Positions 62,929 through 64,000 of a stretch of DNA of 64,000 nt are shown piece by piece. The stretch is from contig NC_042997.1 in NCBI RefSeq assembly GCF_006345805.1, forward strand, positions 203,422,001-203,486,000, written 5' to 3'. The stretch's first letter is position 1, and each line of letters starts with the position of its first letter. Source of the stretch: Octopus sinensis (Eukaryota). The notes below the pieces were generated by a model. That model ran no database searches, was not told the DNA's origin, and was given only the letters and a program-made list of their open reading frames with translations. The position numbers were made by a program, and so were the translations under genes.

Positions 62929-64000
62929 GTTTGTATATACAATCCTCAGTACTAGCACAATTGATGAACTATTAAACTCCACAATCAAGTGCCATTTACA
63001 ATTCGGCTATCCACTTCCTCGTTTCCTCTGAATACCATAACTGGCCCCTCGTCATCACTGCCATCATGTTCTACTGCTGCTACCCTTATCACAACTAAAC
63101 AATAGCAATGACAGGATCAACATTGGAAGTCACTCTTCAATACTAAAACAGTTGTTGACCCATTAAACAATACAGTCCCTAGCTCTTCTCCACAGTCAGG
63201 TCACTCAAATTCTTATCAGAATGACACAAGAGATCCATCATCACCATTGTCATCCTATTCTACTGCTACTATGGTTACCACTACTACTACTCCAATTAGT
63301 GAAGGATCGCTCCCCCACCCCACTGTCCATCTCAATCTGAATGTATATCTGACAGCTCCATCATAAATCTGCCAACTGTAAATAAAATAAAATTATGAAC
63401 ACACAAAGCCTCAAAATATGCTGCTATTATCAACACTAGAGACTATGCATTCACAGTGACTGTAACTTCACCCATTGGGCTTCACAGGGGCAATGACCAA
63501 GACCTTTGGCATTATGTTGTGCTTGAGAAGAAGACCCATCAGGTTGAGCAAAATCACAGTCATGACAGATATCAGTGTCATGCAAACTGGCACCCATGCT
63601 GGTGGCATGTAAAAGCATCTTGGTGTCACGTAAATGGCACCCATGTCAGTGGCACATAAAAGCACCTATTATACTCACAGAGTGGTTGGCATTAGGAAGG
63701 GCATCCAGCCATAGAAAATCATGCCAAGTCAGAGGACGTTTAATGATGATGATGAAGATACACAATTTGTACAAGCAATACCAGCCAATGCCAAACCATG
63801 TATCTTACATCACCATCACCACCACCACCACCATTAAATACTAAATCACATTTAATAACTTCACATGTAACTAGGAATCCCAAAATCTGTTGCTATTCCC
63901 AACACAAAAGATTATTTCTGATGTGTGACTGTCCTTTCACTCATCTTCCAGGGACTCAATGCACTAGTAAAAGAATGACACCAAACCACCACCAAATCCA

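Overview
AT-rich, microsatellite-dense eukaryotic DNA, most likely intronic or intergenic sequence from an octopus. The organism is an inference from the SINE families and the extreme (TA)n/(TACA)n/(ATG)n content. No host protein-coding gene could be confidently identified, only weak candidate exons. The window is mostly mobile-element debris: two mariner remnants; CR1-like, RTE, L1/Tx1-like and RLE-type (R4/Dong-like) LINE fragments; three tRNA-derived SINE families; piggyBac-like and other MITEs; and a CpG-rich ~61-bp minisatellite inside an RTE 3' UTR. The most interesting signal is a set of AT-rich foldback insertions at (TA)n tracts. Several carry type I hammerhead ribozyme (HHR) motifs with short palindromic stem III. 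Two motifs look intact (1632-1722, mirrored at 1073-1163; and 11653-11712) and three look eroded (2786-2875, 27871-27968, 29001-29043). This matches the terminal repeats (pLTRs) of Penelope-like elements, but no Penelope RT or GIY-YIG ORF is visible here. Most long ORFs in the track are artefacts of simple repeats. All coordinates and base pairings were read by eye.
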